Virus record (IMG/VR): IMGVR_UViG_3300005338_000001
Coordinates: 14,527-78,526 of that record
Direction: 5' to 3' (one strand)
Source: a virus
Length of the DNA stretch: 64,000 nucleotides
Positions 1 to 9,927 of the stretch are shown in pieces. Within the stretch, counting starts at the first letter, position 1; every line of letters begins with the position of its first letter. The notes under the pieces were generated by a model. The model saw only the letters and a list, made by a program, of their open reading frames with translations. It made no database searches and was not told where the DNA came from. Both the position numbers and the translations under genes were made by a program.

Positions 1-3000
1 GATCAAAAACCTTCTGCTTTCGGAACGATTGCCGGCCAAGCAGCGGTGTCTTGGTGAGGTATCCGAGCGCGTCCTTGTCGGATGCTGTGCCGTTTTTCAG
101 TGCCTCGTCCACGCGCGACTTCACCCATGCGCGCTGTTCTGGCAGCGTGTCGTTGACGCCCATTCCTTCCGGAATGATGCCTTCGGTGCGAGCTTGTTCC
201 ATCGCGAAATTGAAGGCTTTGCGGCTCTGCTCCGTCCAGATGCCCTTCATGTAGTTTTCCCGAAGGCTCAGGATCGGAGCATCCGCCTCATCCAACAGAT
301 CGATGCGTTTCCGGTCTTCACGCTCCTTGATGTCGGCCAGTTCCTTGAGCTTGCCGGTCTGCTCCTTGCCGGTGCTCATGTCCGACATGAACTGCACGCC
401 TGGATTACTTTCCTGCGGCATGTTCTCGCGATTCACGCCCTTGCGCTCAAACAGTCGCCAGAATGGGTTGACCTGATCGTTCAGGCTTTCCTGTCGGTGG
501 TGCATCTCCCCGAGTCGTGCTCCGATCAGTTCTGCCGCGGCCAGATGCTCAGGACTTTTAGTTGTCGGCGCGACCAGCGAGGCGATGCCGTCCTTCATGT
601 CGCGCAGGATGTCGAGTCCCGGCGCGGCCAGTTCTTTCGCCTTCTCGTAACCTTCACGCAACACGTCTCCTGAAACCGCCCCCGCCTCGCTGCTGTTCAG
701 CGGACGCAGCCTGCCGGGCGACGGTTCGGAACTGTTGCTCGGCATCGGCCTGTCCTGTGGTGTGGCGGCGCTGGGCAGCAGATGCGACTCCAGCGCCTCC
801 TTGGCGGCAGCCTCGTCGAACTGGTGGCCGGTGCTGCGGAAGTGCTCCAAAGCGGCAGCAATCGCACGGGCGACGCTGCGGGTGGCCTTCAGGACGCCGA
901 TGGCGATGTCGATGCCGGTGTTCCAGATGGCGCGGAAGCTCGCCGGACTCATCAATGGAAAGATTTCGAGTTGTGCGGTTCCGTTCGGTTTCTTGCGGGC
1001 AGCTTCGAGGCGAGCGATAGCGCGGTCGATTGCGCCGGACTGAAGCTCATCCGTCAAAAGTTGGTGCGCTTCGTCAGTGTCGGTCGCTGAACCGTTCTTC
1101 ACCACGTTGCTCCGAATCTTCTTCGCAAGTTCACTCTCCTGTCCGTTCTTGGCGACTTCGCCACGGTACGTCTCGCGCAACGCTGGCGTGATGGCGCTCT
1201 TGAGCGGCTTCTCCGAAGCGGGCGCAGGCGTCTCCACCACAGCCTCAGCTTTTGTTTCTGGCTGCTCTGATTTCAGCCTTGCGATTAGTTTTTCAACCGC
1301 AGCCTGAGAACGCTTATCTCCTCCGTACATCGCGTTGTTGTCGATGGCAACCGCGTCGGTGATTTTTCCGGTGTTGTTGTATGCACTGACCGCCGCCTTC
1401 TGCGCCGCTGTAAGCCCTTTTGTGGGCAGCGATGGCCCAGCCGCCGGAGCCTCAGCCTTCGGTGCTGGCGGCCTCTCTTCCGCCGCGAGTGGCTTCGGCT
1501 CTGGCTGCTCGTTCGCGCGCAGGTCTGAACTGTGTAAATCTTCCTTTGACTCAGATTGACCGGAAATTCTTGCGATCTGTCCTGAAAGATATCGCCCTTC
1601 AAATACTTTTGATCCGCCCATTTCCACAATGAAACCGCGCTGATCCTCTGGCGGTCGTTGTAAACCGTGTTCCTTCGCAATTTCATCGTGTCCCTGATTC
1701 CATTTGCTGCCAACCTTTAGGCCATTCGCTGTCTTGATCGCTGTGCTGATCACGCGCATTCCGGTTCCCGGAGACTCAGGAGGCAATCCGTCATTTGGGG
1801 CATCTACTTTCAAATCTTGCTTATCCGGTTGCCGCGCCGCGACCGGCGCTGTCGGCTGGGTGGAAACGGGTTCGCGATACGCCTCTGGAACGAACGCCAT
1901 GATCTTCGCCTTCTCGGATGGCGCGATGCTTGGGTCGTTTCGGATTGCTTCCACGAAATCCTTGTTCTGCAAATCAGCGGGCACGAACGGCCATTTATCG
2001 TCCCATCCTTTCGCGCGCCGTTCAGCCAATGCTTCGTCCATCCATGTCGGTTTAGGCGCTACTTTCGGTGTTTCCTGCCGCACTTGCACTCCGACATCTT
2101 GCGGCGACACTTCTTGCAAACTTTTTCCTTCGTCTTCAACTGGCTTCACCTCCTTGGGTGTTTCGGTTTCTGTCTTCTTCGCAGATTCCTCATCCTGCTT
2201 CTTCAGCACGGCATCCGTCTCGGACTGCACGCGCCGCATCTCCGCATCGTAGGCTGCAAACGCTGCCGCCTCATGCGTATCGGCCAACGACCGCTCGGCA
2301 GCGGCGGTCTGTGGCATCCCTGTAGCTTCAGCCTGCGCGGCAGCGGCGCGCGACGCCTCAGCGGCATCCAAGTGCGGCTTGGCGGCTTCAGCGGCCCGTG
2401 CGCCGTGCGCGACGAGCCGCTGCGCGCCGTGCATGATGGCGTTCTGGAGCACGAAGGCGGGGATGCTGCCGCCGAGGTCTTCAGAGAACTTCTTCCAACT
2501 CATCGGCTTGCCGTGAACTGTGGCGTCATAGAGATGATCCGCCAGCGTCATGGCAAGCGCGTCGGTAGTGCCGCGGATGCCAGCCTGTGCGAGAATCTGC
2601 TTGGATGCCGGCAGGAAGCCAGCCGCGTCCACGGGCGGTTTCCAAGGAATCAATCCTGTTGCAGCGAATCCGAGTGCCGATCGGACGGCGGAATCGATCA
2701 CGCTCACATCATCACGACCCTGCACGTACTTGGCGGTCGCGCCCTGCTCGGCTCCGGTGCGTGCGCCCTTAACTAGCAACGGCGCGACCCGCTCAACCAG
2801 CGAAGGAATGGCACGCTTGCCAGCCTGAGCGGCTGCCAGCAGGGCTTTCTCGCCCGCTTCCGTAGTGGCGCGACCAAGCACGCGGCCAGCGGCGTCCTTG
2901 ACGATTCTGGACTGTGTGCCGCCGCCTGCCGCTGATACGAGGAAGTTCACCATTGAGGCAGCACCGGAAGCAACCGGATGCTGTTGGCGGTTCACCTCGC

Positions 3001-3529
3001 GCTGCAACTGTTCGCGAGCGTAGCCAACCGGATCGGCGTTCTGGTTGATCGCCTCGACTCCTGCACCTGCTGCCGCACCTGCTGCGATGTCGGCGGCAGC
3101 CATTCCTATTGGGCCTGATGGGATCGCGAGCGTCGCGGCACCAGCACCCGCAACGCCTGTCGCCAAGGCTGCTGGAAATCCGGCAGAAAGTTCGGTGCCG
3201 AATGATCCAAGCGCGCCTTCGGGAGACGGTGGTTTCGGCGTAAGCTCTGCGCGATTGATGCTCCGGTGAATGTCGTTGAATCGTCCGGTGATGGTATGAA
3301 CCAAGCCGTCGAATTGATCGGGCGGCATCACGTCCTGATACTTCGGAAGTTCTGATTCGATGACGTTCTGCGCGTTGGTCGCCACTTCTCTCTGCCGTTC
3401 CGGTGTCAGTGTATCCCAAATCGGATTGCTCGCCACGTCCACCTCAGACAGAAACTCTGGCAGCGCCTTTCGGTAATCGAACGAAGGCGCTTGAACTGGT
3501 TCCTCGGTTGCTGATCCGTAGAGCGGCAT
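1..3529 (-). CDS. Very large virion/DNA-ejection-type protein, >1176 aa, runs off the window start (absent from the ORF track)
   Basis: Translated by hand from ATG at 3529 (MPLYGSATEEPVQAPSFDYRKALPEFL...). No stop down to position 1. Has an Ala/Gly-rich segment and a PEAK-rich linker, and lies 9 nt downstream of the 611-aa gene. Function inferred from position and composition. Confidence 0.75.
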   Translation of the reverse strand, partial: MPLYGSATEEPVQAPSFDYRKALPEFLSEVDVASNPIWDTLTPERQREVATNAQNVIESELPKYQDVMPPDQFDGLVHTITGRFNDIHRSINRAELTPKPPSPEGALGSFGTELSAGFPAALATGVAGAGAATLAIPSGPIGMAAADIAAGAAAGAGVEAINQNADPVGYAREQLQREVNRQQHPVASGAASMVNFLVSAAGGGTQSRIVKDAAGRVLGRATTEAGEKALLAAAQAGKRAIPSLVERVAPLLVKGARTGAEQGATAKYVQGRDDVSVIDSAVRSALGFAATGLIPWKPPVDAAGFLPASKQILAQAGIRGTTDALAMTLADHLYDATVHGKPMSWKKFSEDLGGSIPAFVLQNAIMHGAQRLVAHGARAAEAAKPHLDAAEASRAAAAQAEATGMPQTAAAERSLADTHEAAAFAAYDAEMRRVQSETDAVLKKQDEESAKKTETETPKEVKPVEDEGKSLQEVSPQDVGVQVRQETPKVAPKPTWMDEALAERRAKGWDDKWPFVPADLQNKDFVEAIRNDPSIAPSEKAKIMAFVPEAYREPVSTQPTAPVAARQPDKQDLKVDAPNDGLPPESPGTGMRVISTAIKTANGLKVGSKWNQGHDEIAKEHGLQRPPEDQRGFIVEMGGSKVFEGRYLSGQIARISGQSESKEDLHSSDLRANEQPEPKPLAAEERPPAPKAEAPAAGPSLPTKGLTAAQKAAVSAYNNTGKITDAVAIDNNAMYGGDKRSQAAVEKLIARLKSEQPETKAEAVVETPAPASEKPLKSAITPALRETYRGEVAKNGQESELAKKIRSNVVKNGSATDTDEAHQLLTDELQSGAIDRAIARLEAARKKPNGTAQLEIFPLMSPASFRAIWNTGIDIAIGVLKATRSVARAIAAALEHFRSTGHQFDEAAAKEALESHLLPSAATPQDRPMPSNSSEPSPGRLRPLNSSEAGAVSGDVLREGYEKAKELAAPGLDILRDMKDGIASLVAPTTKSPEHLAAAELIGARLGEMHHRQESLNDQVNPFWRLFERKGVNRENMPQESNPGVQFMSDMSTGKEQTGKLKELADIKEREDRKRIDLLDEADAPILSLRENYMKGIWTEQSRKAFNFAMEQARTEGIIPEGMGVNDTLPEQRAWVKSRVDEALKNGTASDKDALGYLTKTPLLGRQSFRKQKVFD

Positions 3530-3538
3530 GGCGAGGAG

Positions 3539-5374
3539 TTACTGTACGTCCGCCGCCGATTCAACGATCTTCGGCGATTCGGTCGGTGGCAGAATCGGCA
3601 CTGTCACGCCGTCCGTAGTGACGTGCGGAGTCGGCACGCCGTTCAAGTCCTGCAAAGTCACGTCGTTTCCTTCGGTCAGATGTTGCGCGACCTGATCGGC
3701 AACGTCGGGATGCAGCCCTGCCGATGAAGCGGCGTCATGGAAGTTCGCCAGCGCGGAGTTGTAGCGTGCCAACGCATCGCTCTTGATAGTCTGCTTCACG
3801 GTTTCCTTCGCCTTTGCAATATCAGGTCCGAAGTCAACCCCCATGAATCCAGCAAGCCTGCCAAGACTTTCTGGCGTCTCAGTTTCGCCAATGATGGAAG
3901 CGTAGGCTTTCTCGGGATCAAAGCTCGCGTGCTTTTTAAGCGCGCTGATGGATTCGGCCAGATTGATCGTCTTCGCGCCTTCCTTGGCCTTTTTTGTAAC
4001 GTCACTCTCAGTGCTGGGTTGTGCCCATTTCGGCATGAGCTTCGGAGCCTTGGACTTCACCGGCAACGCGACCTTCCGAGCTTCCGTCGCCTTCGGTGCA
4101 TCCGAACCCCAAATGGCTGAGGTTGTGTCAGGCTTCGCGATCTCGGTTGCGGGCGCATCCGGCAGCACGATGCCGCTCTGGTGCGCGTTGTCGTCGGTGC
4201 CGTGATTTTCTAGATGGGTTTGGATTTGCTGCCGTTGCGCCTCAATCTCGTTCTGTTTTTCCGAGACGTAATCTGCCGTGGACTTCCCGGCCTTCTTGGC
4301 AGCCGCATCAAAATCGGCGCTCAGGCTGGAGTATTTCTTGTCCAGCTTGTCGAGGTTGGAAAGCTGGGCCTTGAGTCGCGAGGTCTGCTGCGGAGCCTTG
4401 CGGATGTCCTGCGTCTGCTGGCTTCTTGCGTTCGTCAACTCCTGCTGCATAGCCTGATGCGCGAAGCCGTCAAGCTGTTGCTCAATCTCCTCTGGCGTCA
4501 TCGAACGCATGGCCTTGATTCGCCCCGCCGAATCTTCGTATCCCGGAAGAATCGGAAGGCTCGGATTGGCGATCATCGAAAGGACATCTGTGCGGGCCTT
4601 TTTACCGGCAGCGCTCACCCTGCCTTGAATGGCTGGCGTCATGGCAATGCCGCTCACGTCGAGTTCCTTTTGCGCCTTCTCTGTGGCGGTCATCTGACCC
4701 TTCGCATTCCACGCCAAGGCTGAGTTTGGATTGAGGCGAATCTGCTCCTTCTGTTCCGCAACTTTCGCGTCGTGCTTCATCATCATCATGTTGGATGAGA
4801 CGAAGTTTCCATTCGCGTCCCTCACGACGTACGGAGCCTTTCGGATCGCGTCGTATCCGAGCACGCTTCCAAAATGTTCAAAGTCCTTGATGGATTCCTG
4901 CGCATCCTTCAACGCGGTATCAATCGCAGCCTTCCCAGCATTTGTCGCGGCCCCGTACTGATACTTCGTGCGAAGAAGGTTTACCTTCATGGCGTAGTCC
5001 GGATCGTCCGCACGTAGGTGCAGAAGTTCGATCCCGATGTTCGGGACATCAATTTCCGCCTGCCGTTCCTTGGCCCTCGCGACCAGCGCCTTCATGTAAT
5101 TGGCACGCTCTTTCTCGTAGTCCAAGTCCATCTTCGATCCGTCCAAGAGCGCGCGGTGAGCCGCTATCTTGGTCCGCACTTCTTCCAGTTCCAGCTTACG
5201 CTTTTCAATCGGCTGCTTGGCGGCCTGTTCGGCGGCGATTCGCGCCTCGCGTTGCTGTGCCATCTCGGCAGCCCGATCCTTGTCCGCTTGATTGATGTCC
5301 TGAAAGCGCAACCTTGCCGCAAGTTCTCGCTGCTTTTGCGGATTGGCGGCGTCGGTGCTGTATCGAACTCCCAT
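3539..5374 (-). CDS. Coiled-coil-rich putative internal virion/ejection protein (611 aa)
   Basis: Helical, A/K/E/Q-rich; tightly packed in the virion operon. Confidence 0.55.
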   Translation of the reverse strand: MGVRYSTDAANPQKQRELAARLRFQDINQADKDRAAEMAQQREARIAAEQAAKQPIEKRKLELEEVRTKIAAHRALLDGSKMDLDYEKERANYMKALVARAKERQAEIDVPNIGIELLHLRADDPDYAMKVNLLRTKYQYGAATNAGKAAIDTALKDAQESIKDFEHFGSVLGYDAIRKAPYVVRDANGNFVSSNMMMMKHDAKVAEQKEQIRLNPNSALAWNAKGQMTATEKAQKELDVSGIAMTPAIQGRVSAAGKKARTDVLSMIANPSLPILPGYEDSAGRIKAMRSMTPEEIEQQLDGFAHQAMQQELTNARSQQTQDIRKAPQQTSRLKAQLSNLDKLDKKYSSLSADFDAAAKKAGKSTADYVSEKQNEIEAQRQQIQTHLENHGTDDNAHQSGIVLPDAPATEIAKPDTTSAIWGSDAPKATEARKVALPVKSKAPKLMPKWAQPSTESDVTKKAKEGAKTINLAESISALKKHASFDPEKAYASIIGETETPESLGRLAGFMGVDFGPDIAKAKETVKQTIKSDALARYNSALANFHDAASSAGLHPDVADQVAQHLTEGNDVTLQDLNGVPTPHVTTDGVTVPILPPTESPKIVESAADVQ

Positions 5375-5377
5375 AAA

Positions 5378-6796
5378 TTAAGAAGTCGGGATTCCGGTCA
5401 TGTCTGGAGCCGGATAGCCGGGTGGAAGCGAAACTCGTTCTCCCGTCGCCTTGCGCTCTACTGGCACCGCAGACGGCAGCGGCATGTTTGATGTCGGCGG
5501 CGCAACTGGCGTCGCCGCTGGCAACGGCATTCCCGTGGCGAATCCTCCGCCTCCGTACTGTGGGGCCGACACAGTTCTCATGCCGCCTGAAACTCCCGCT
5601 CCAACTTCCGCTGCTGTATCGCTCGGCAGCACCCATCCGCCCTTTGGCGGGAATACGCTGCGCAAAATGTCCGCGCGGGCGGCAGGGTCGTTTTGCGCAG
5701 CCTGCCATTTCGCGCCGAGATCGGGACTCGCGCCTGCAAGATGCGCGCCCAACGCCTGATCAAGCGGCCTGCCCATCTCAACCAGTGTTCCGTTCGCGGC
5801 TGGTGCGGCGTACTGGCCGCTGGCGTTTGTGTAACCTTTGCTCGCATCGTTCGGATCAACCACGTTCCATTGCGTGACCTCATGGCTTTGTGGAGCGAAC
5901 AATGAGTCCCAGTCCTTCGTGGGAGTCATCCCCGGCGCTGGAGCGGCGTTCAGATCGCGGTACTTTCCGGGAATGTTGTTTCCTTCGGCGTCTTTGTTCG
6001 CACCGTCGCGATCCTTTTTTGGAATGGCGCTCTGATCTCCGGGTACGTTTGTCGGCTGCGCAAGGGTGATTCCAACGTCCTCTGGAAAGTATCCATGCTT
6101 GTCGGCGAATTCCTGACGCGCCTGATCGCGCTGCGAGAAGATCGGTCTTTTGTCGGCATCGCGCCCGGCCTTTTTGAGTGCGTAGCCCCTTGCGGATTCG
6201 GCGCGATCTTGTCGCTTTAGATCGGCATCTATGCGCTTGTCGCCCGCAGATTGAGCAGGCTTGTTCGCAGCGGGCTGTGGATTTGCAGCAGGTGCAGGAG
6301 GATTCGCAGCAGGCGGCGCAACTTCATTTCCAGCATCTGGCACAACCGGCCTTTTGGGCACGGGCATTTCCGATTTCAGTTTGTTCCACACCGCATCGGA
6401 AACTCCGGGGGGTCGTTCCTTGTCGCGAGCATCGAATGCCGTAAGTGGCTTTGTGATGTCACCGCGCGGCTCAGAGATAAATGGCGATACGCTCGCGGTC
6501 GATGCAGTATTCTGTGCTTGAGCAGGTGCTTTCGGCACCGGTTGCGTTAAGGTTTTAGGGGAATCGGCAGCATCAATCGGCCCGTCGTGAATTGGCTCGT
6601 TTAGCGCCGCGATGGTTTCGCTGTCGAGATCGCCAGTCGCCCTCTGTTGATTTGCACCCCTTGCTTTCTGAAGTCTGATGATGGCGCTTCTGGTTGCTGC
6701 ATCGAGCTTCCCGTGAATCGCGCCTGTGTACCATCCATAGGATTTCAGCTTCTCTTGAGCGTCCTTGATGGCTGCTGTTGATGCTTCTTTCGCCAT
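5378..6796 (-). CDS. Putative virion protein with an N-terminal peptidoglycan-binding (PGBD-like) domain and a Pro/Ala-rich disordered body
   Basis: IKDAQEKLKSYGWYTGAIHGKLDAATRSAIIRLQKARG...ATGDLDSETIAAL fits the PG_binding_1 pattern. Start set at ATG 6796, behind GGAGG. Confidence 0.7.
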   Translation of the reverse strand: MAKEASTAAIKDAQEKLKSYGWYTGAIHGKLDAATRSAIIRLQKARGANQQRATGDLDSETIAALNEPIHDGPIDAADSPKTLTQPVPKAPAQAQNTASTASVSPFISEPRGDITKPLTAFDARDKERPPGVSDAVWNKLKSEMPVPKRPVVPDAGNEVAPPAANPPAPAANPQPAANKPAQSAGDKRIDADLKRQDRAESARGYALKKAGRDADKRPIFSQRDQARQEFADKHGYFPEDVGITLAQPTNVPGDQSAIPKKDRDGANKDAEGNNIPGKYRDLNAAPAPGMTPTKDWDSLFAPQSHEVTQWNVVDPNDASKGYTNASGQYAAPAANGTLVEMGRPLDQALGAHLAGASPDLGAKWQAAQNDPAARADILRSVFPPKGGWVLPSDTAAEVGAGVSGGMRTVSAPQYGGGGFATGMPLPAATPVAPPTSNMPLPSAVPVERKATGERVSLPPGYPAPDMTGIPTS

Positions 6797-6888
6797 GTCA
6801 GTATCCTCCAATTATCGGATCGGCCACCGCATCCGCGATGCTGGGAAGCTTGGTTTTTAGTCTGGGTCCGGCCATGTCAGTATCCTCC
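6792..6888. repeat. 18-bp direct repeat GCCATGTCAGTATCCTCC (6792-6809, 6871-6888)
   Basis: Exact copies. On the minus strand each reads SD + stop + start. Confidence 0.95.
6798..6875 (-). CDS. 25-aa micro-ORF (MAGPRLKTKLPSIADAVADPIIGGY)
   Basis: GGAGG-ATAC-TGA-C-ATG at both its start and its end; fills the gap between two virion genes exactly. Confidence 0.6.
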   Translation of the reverse strand: MAGPRLKTKLPSIADAVADPIIGGY

Positions 6889-7878
6889 CAGCGTCGGATC
6901 GTTCAGTTCATCCGCGTTCAGGATGCGCGGGATTCTCGTATTCGCGGGACGAAAATTGCTGGCCTGCCGACTCAAGCGGCCCAGTGCTCGGTTCAGCGCC
7001 CTGTCGGCCCGCTCGTCATCGGTGCCGCGATACTGCAAGTGCAGCAGTGCGTCCTCCAGAGCCACAAAATTGTCCACGAAAATGAAGTCGTTATCGAGTT
7101 CCGCCTCCACGAAGCGCAACCGCAGCAGGCACGAAGCCGTGTAGGTGTCGGTGTTGTCGGGAGCGACCGGAGCCTTGTAGCGGCGGTAGTTCGGGTTTTT
7201 CTCGCTCGGCTGGTACGCGGCGACCAGATGCTCGTTGGTGGCCGGATTTGGATCGCCTGGGTCAATGGCGTAAACCGTGATGACGCCATTGGTATTCGGC
7301 TTCACCACCTGAGTGATTTTAGTGAACGCATTCGTCGTCGTGACGCTTCCGGTCGCGGCCAGCAAGTCCACCGCCTCCCCTGTTCGGATGTTGGTTCCTG
7401 TGGTTGTGCGGATCACCCTGCCGTCACCGTCGAGTCCGTAAATCTGAAGGATCGATTCGTAGATTTCCGTCGTCGGACTGGCGTCAGTGTAGAACTTCAG
7501 CAGGCATCCTGCCGCGTTGATGTCGCGCGGTTCACGGATGCAGCAGTAGCCGTCCCCCAAGTCCACGATCTGCCCCACAACATTCGGGTCCGTGGCCCCA
7601 GTCATTGATCCCGGCCCAGCGGGGCTGTACTGGAGCCACGGATCGCGAATCAGCAGCGGGTTGGATGACCGAAGGATGCCGAGACAGGTCTGGTAGTAGC
7701 GAGGAAGCGTGAGGATGCCGCCGTAAATCGGCAAGTCGTCCTGTAACAGTGCGTCCTTGAGCTTCGTGTCGGTGATGAGGACTTCGCAGGCGGCGTTAAT
7801 TTGGTCGGCCACCAGATCCGGATCGAGATGCGACTGCTTACGAAGGATCTTTTGTTTGGCTTGTCCGAGGGTGAGCAT
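6877..7878 (-). CDS. Putative head-tail adaptor / tail tubular-type virion protein (333 aa)
   Basis: Helical N-terminus (MLTLGQAKQKI...INAACEVL), beta-rich middle, helical C-terminus; located in the virion operon. Confidence 0.5.
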   Translation of the reverse strand: MLTLGQAKQKILRKQSHLDPDLVADQINAACEVLITDTKLKDALLQDDLPIYGGILTLPRYYQTCLGILRSSNPLLIRDPWLQYSPAGPGSMTGATDPNVVGQIVDLGDGYCCIREPRDINAAGCLLKFYTDASPTTEIYESILQIYGLDGDGRVIRTTTGTNIRTGEAVDLLAATGSVTTTNAFTKITQVVKPNTNGVITVYAIDPGDPNPATNEHLVAAYQPSEKNPNYRRYKAPVAPDNTDTYTASCLLRLRFVEAELDNDFIFVDNFVALEDALLHLQYRGTDDERADRALNRALGRLSRQASNFRPANTRIPRILNADELNDPTLGGY

Positions 7879-7960
7879 TCGTCGATGAATAATTCATGGC
7901 GACGCGCGGGCCGTGTAGCTGCGTACTTGGTGACGAGATTACGGAACCGGCGCAGGAGTG

Positions 7961-9355
7961 TCAAGCGGTCAGTTTCAGCTTCACGTCCCACGGCCTCGGC
8001 TTCCCGAAAAAGCAAACAACCTTCACCTTCTTTTTGTTGAGCGGTTTGTCGTAGTCGAGTCCCTTCAGCCAGTTGAACCGATAGCTCGTCACCTCTCCGG
8101 GATGCAAGTCTTGCCATGTCGCGACGGGCGGCATGTAGGTGTTCCAAAAATCATCGTCGCCAGCGAATTCCTCAATGTGCTGTTCTGGATTCTGTGTCCA
8201 CCGCTCCCAAGCGAGTTGCCGTTCCGTTGGATGCAGAAGCATCATGCCGCACTGTCTCGGCTTGTGATCTGCGACTCCTTTTCGGAACTGTTTCAGCACG
8301 ACCGTCTCGGGATGCGCGAAGTAACCATCCGGAAGTTCCCGAATCGTTGTGTCGAGATCGATGTAAAGGAATGGGCTGTCTGGAAACACTGTCGGGCGGA
8401 ACATTTCCATTTTGCTCCACCATCCCGGCCAGCCGTGCAGCAACGGAACCACGTTCAGTTTCGGAAACAGCTTCGCATCGAAGTCAGTCATCAGTGTGAC
8501 GTTCGCTTTTCCGATCTGCTTCACCATGCGGTGAACGTGCTCTGGCTTTAAGTCGCCTCCGCTGCGGAGAACCAGAACGACGTTGCGTTCACCGATCTTA
8601 CTTTGTTTCTGCGCGAGCGTTTTCTTTGCCGAACCGCGCATGTTGTGCAGCTTCTGTCGCCAATGTGGGATGTCGCGCTCGCACGCGGCGATCACATCCT
8701 CAATGGAACGATGCGGCATGATGCCGGCGAGTCTTGATTCCGGGTTGCTGACAGTGAAGCGCACGCCCTGTGTGGCAGCCTGTGGCACGAAGTCGGCGAA
8801 GAACTTCACTGTCTCATCATGAAGGAATTTGTTCTCTGCGCGCTCCTGCTCAGTGAGGTAGTTTCCGTCAGCGTAGTCGCCTTTCGCGTGACTCAGATCC
8901 ACCCCCACCAACGCAATGTCGCGGATGCCGAGCCAGAGGGTGAACTGCAAGGCTGACAGCAGGGAGTTCTTACTCTCGTAGAAGGTGCTGCGCTCACTCC
9001 AGTCCCACACGTTGCCGATCTTTCTCAAGTCGAGGAAGCAGGTGTTAATCAGGTTTACCAGCTTCACGCCTGCCACCTCACAGTCACCGATTCCGGCGCG
9101 CATGATTTTCGGGAACGGCTCGAAAAACAACGCCTGATTGAAGTTTTCCGGCGTGTCAACGCCATGCCAGTAATCCGGCTTCAGGCGCGGGTAGGTATTG
9201 TTCACACCGATCACGATCCGTCCAATTCCTCGCAACCTTTCCACTGGTTCGTGCGCGAAGCTCGGGCCGTTACACGCGATGATGCCCTGCACGCCAAGAT
9301 GCGCGTTGTGTAGGTTGAACGGGCGCAGCCGAGATCCGTTGTATCGCCAGAGCAT
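7961..9355 (-). CDS. Two-domain glycosyltransferase-like fusion (Maf/DUF115 or sialyltransferase-like N-domain plus GT-A domain), 464 aa
   Basis: N-domain: IIACNGPS, GVNN, PDYWHGVD, ALQFTLWLGIRDIALVGVD. C-domain: VLRSGG, GWWSKMEMF, LYIDLD (DxD), CFFGKPRPW. Start overlaps the upstream stop (TAATG). Confidence 0.75.
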   Translation of the reverse strand: MLWRYNGSRLRPFNLHNAHLGVQGIIACNGPSFAHEPVERLRGIGRIVIGVNNTYPRLKPDYWHGVDTPENFNQALFFEPFPKIMRAGIGDCEVAGVKLVNLINTCFLDLRKIGNVWDWSERSTFYESKNSLLSALQFTLWLGIRDIALVGVDLSHAKGDYADGNYLTEQERAENKFLHDETVKFFADFVPQAATQGVRFTVSNPESRLAGIMPHRSIEDVIAACERDIPHWRQKLHNMRGSAKKTLAQKQSKIGERNVVLVLRSGGDLKPEHVHRMVKQIGKANVTLMTDFDAKLFPKLNVVPLLHGWPGWWSKMEMFRPTVFPDSPFLYIDLDTTIRELPDGYFAHPETVVLKQFRKGVADHKPRQCGMMLLHPTERQLAWERWTQNPEQHIEEFAGDDDFWNTYMPPVATWQDLHPGEVTSYRFNWLKGLDYDKPLNKKKVKVVCFFGKPRPWDVKLKLTA

Positions 9356-9924
9356 TACGGGCCGTAAACGGTAGCGGACTGAGATACCCCATCCCAATCA
9401 ATGTAGAAGATCGTGAATCCTACTCCCGGCGATGAACCGCGCGAACCTTTTGATCCTTTGGAGCCTGTTTTTCCGGTGTAACCGCTGTAGCCTGAATACC
9501 CAGAATAGGCCGATCCTCTTGAACCTCGCGAGCCGCGTGATCCGCGCGATCCGCTGAATCCAGAATACCCTGAGTAACCAGAACCGGTCGCGCCTTGCTG
9601 CCCATCATTACCGTTGCCGGGCACAGGGCCGAGCGGCCATACCTCGTACAGCGGCTTCGGCGCAAGCGGCACGATGGGTCCGCCGAGCGGTTTGCTCGGA
9701 GGCGGCTGCATCTTCCATGACGGATTGATTCCTCGAACCGCCTCAGCCAGCCCGTCCATCGTGATGGCGGGCGGGTTCTTGCTCGGCTTCGGATTCGGAG
9801 CGCGCTGCATGTCCCTGAGCTTGTCCAGCGCAGATCGCTGATCCAGCTTGTCGAGCGCCTTCTGCGCGTCACGTGCGTTCTTGCGGATCGCCGCCTTCTC
9901 AGGTGTCCATTGAGCGTCTGGCAT
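9355..9924 (-). CDS. Protein with a Ser/Tyr-rich collagen-like Gly-X-Y repeat (189 aa)
   Basis: GQQGATGSGYSGYSGFSGSRGSRGSRGSRGSAYSGYSGYSGYTGKTGSKGSKGSRG. Confidence 0.7.
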   Translation of the reverse strand: MPDAQWTPEKAAIRKNARDAQKALDKLDQRSALDKLRDMQRAPNPKPSKNPPAITMDGLAEAVRGINPSWKMQPPPSKPLGGPIVPLAPKPLYEVWPLGPVPGNGNDGQQGATGSGYSGYSGFSGSRGSRGSRGSRGSAYSGYSGYSGYTGKTGSKGSKGSRGSSPGVGFTIFYIDWDGVSQSATVYGP

Positions 9925-9927
9925 CGG

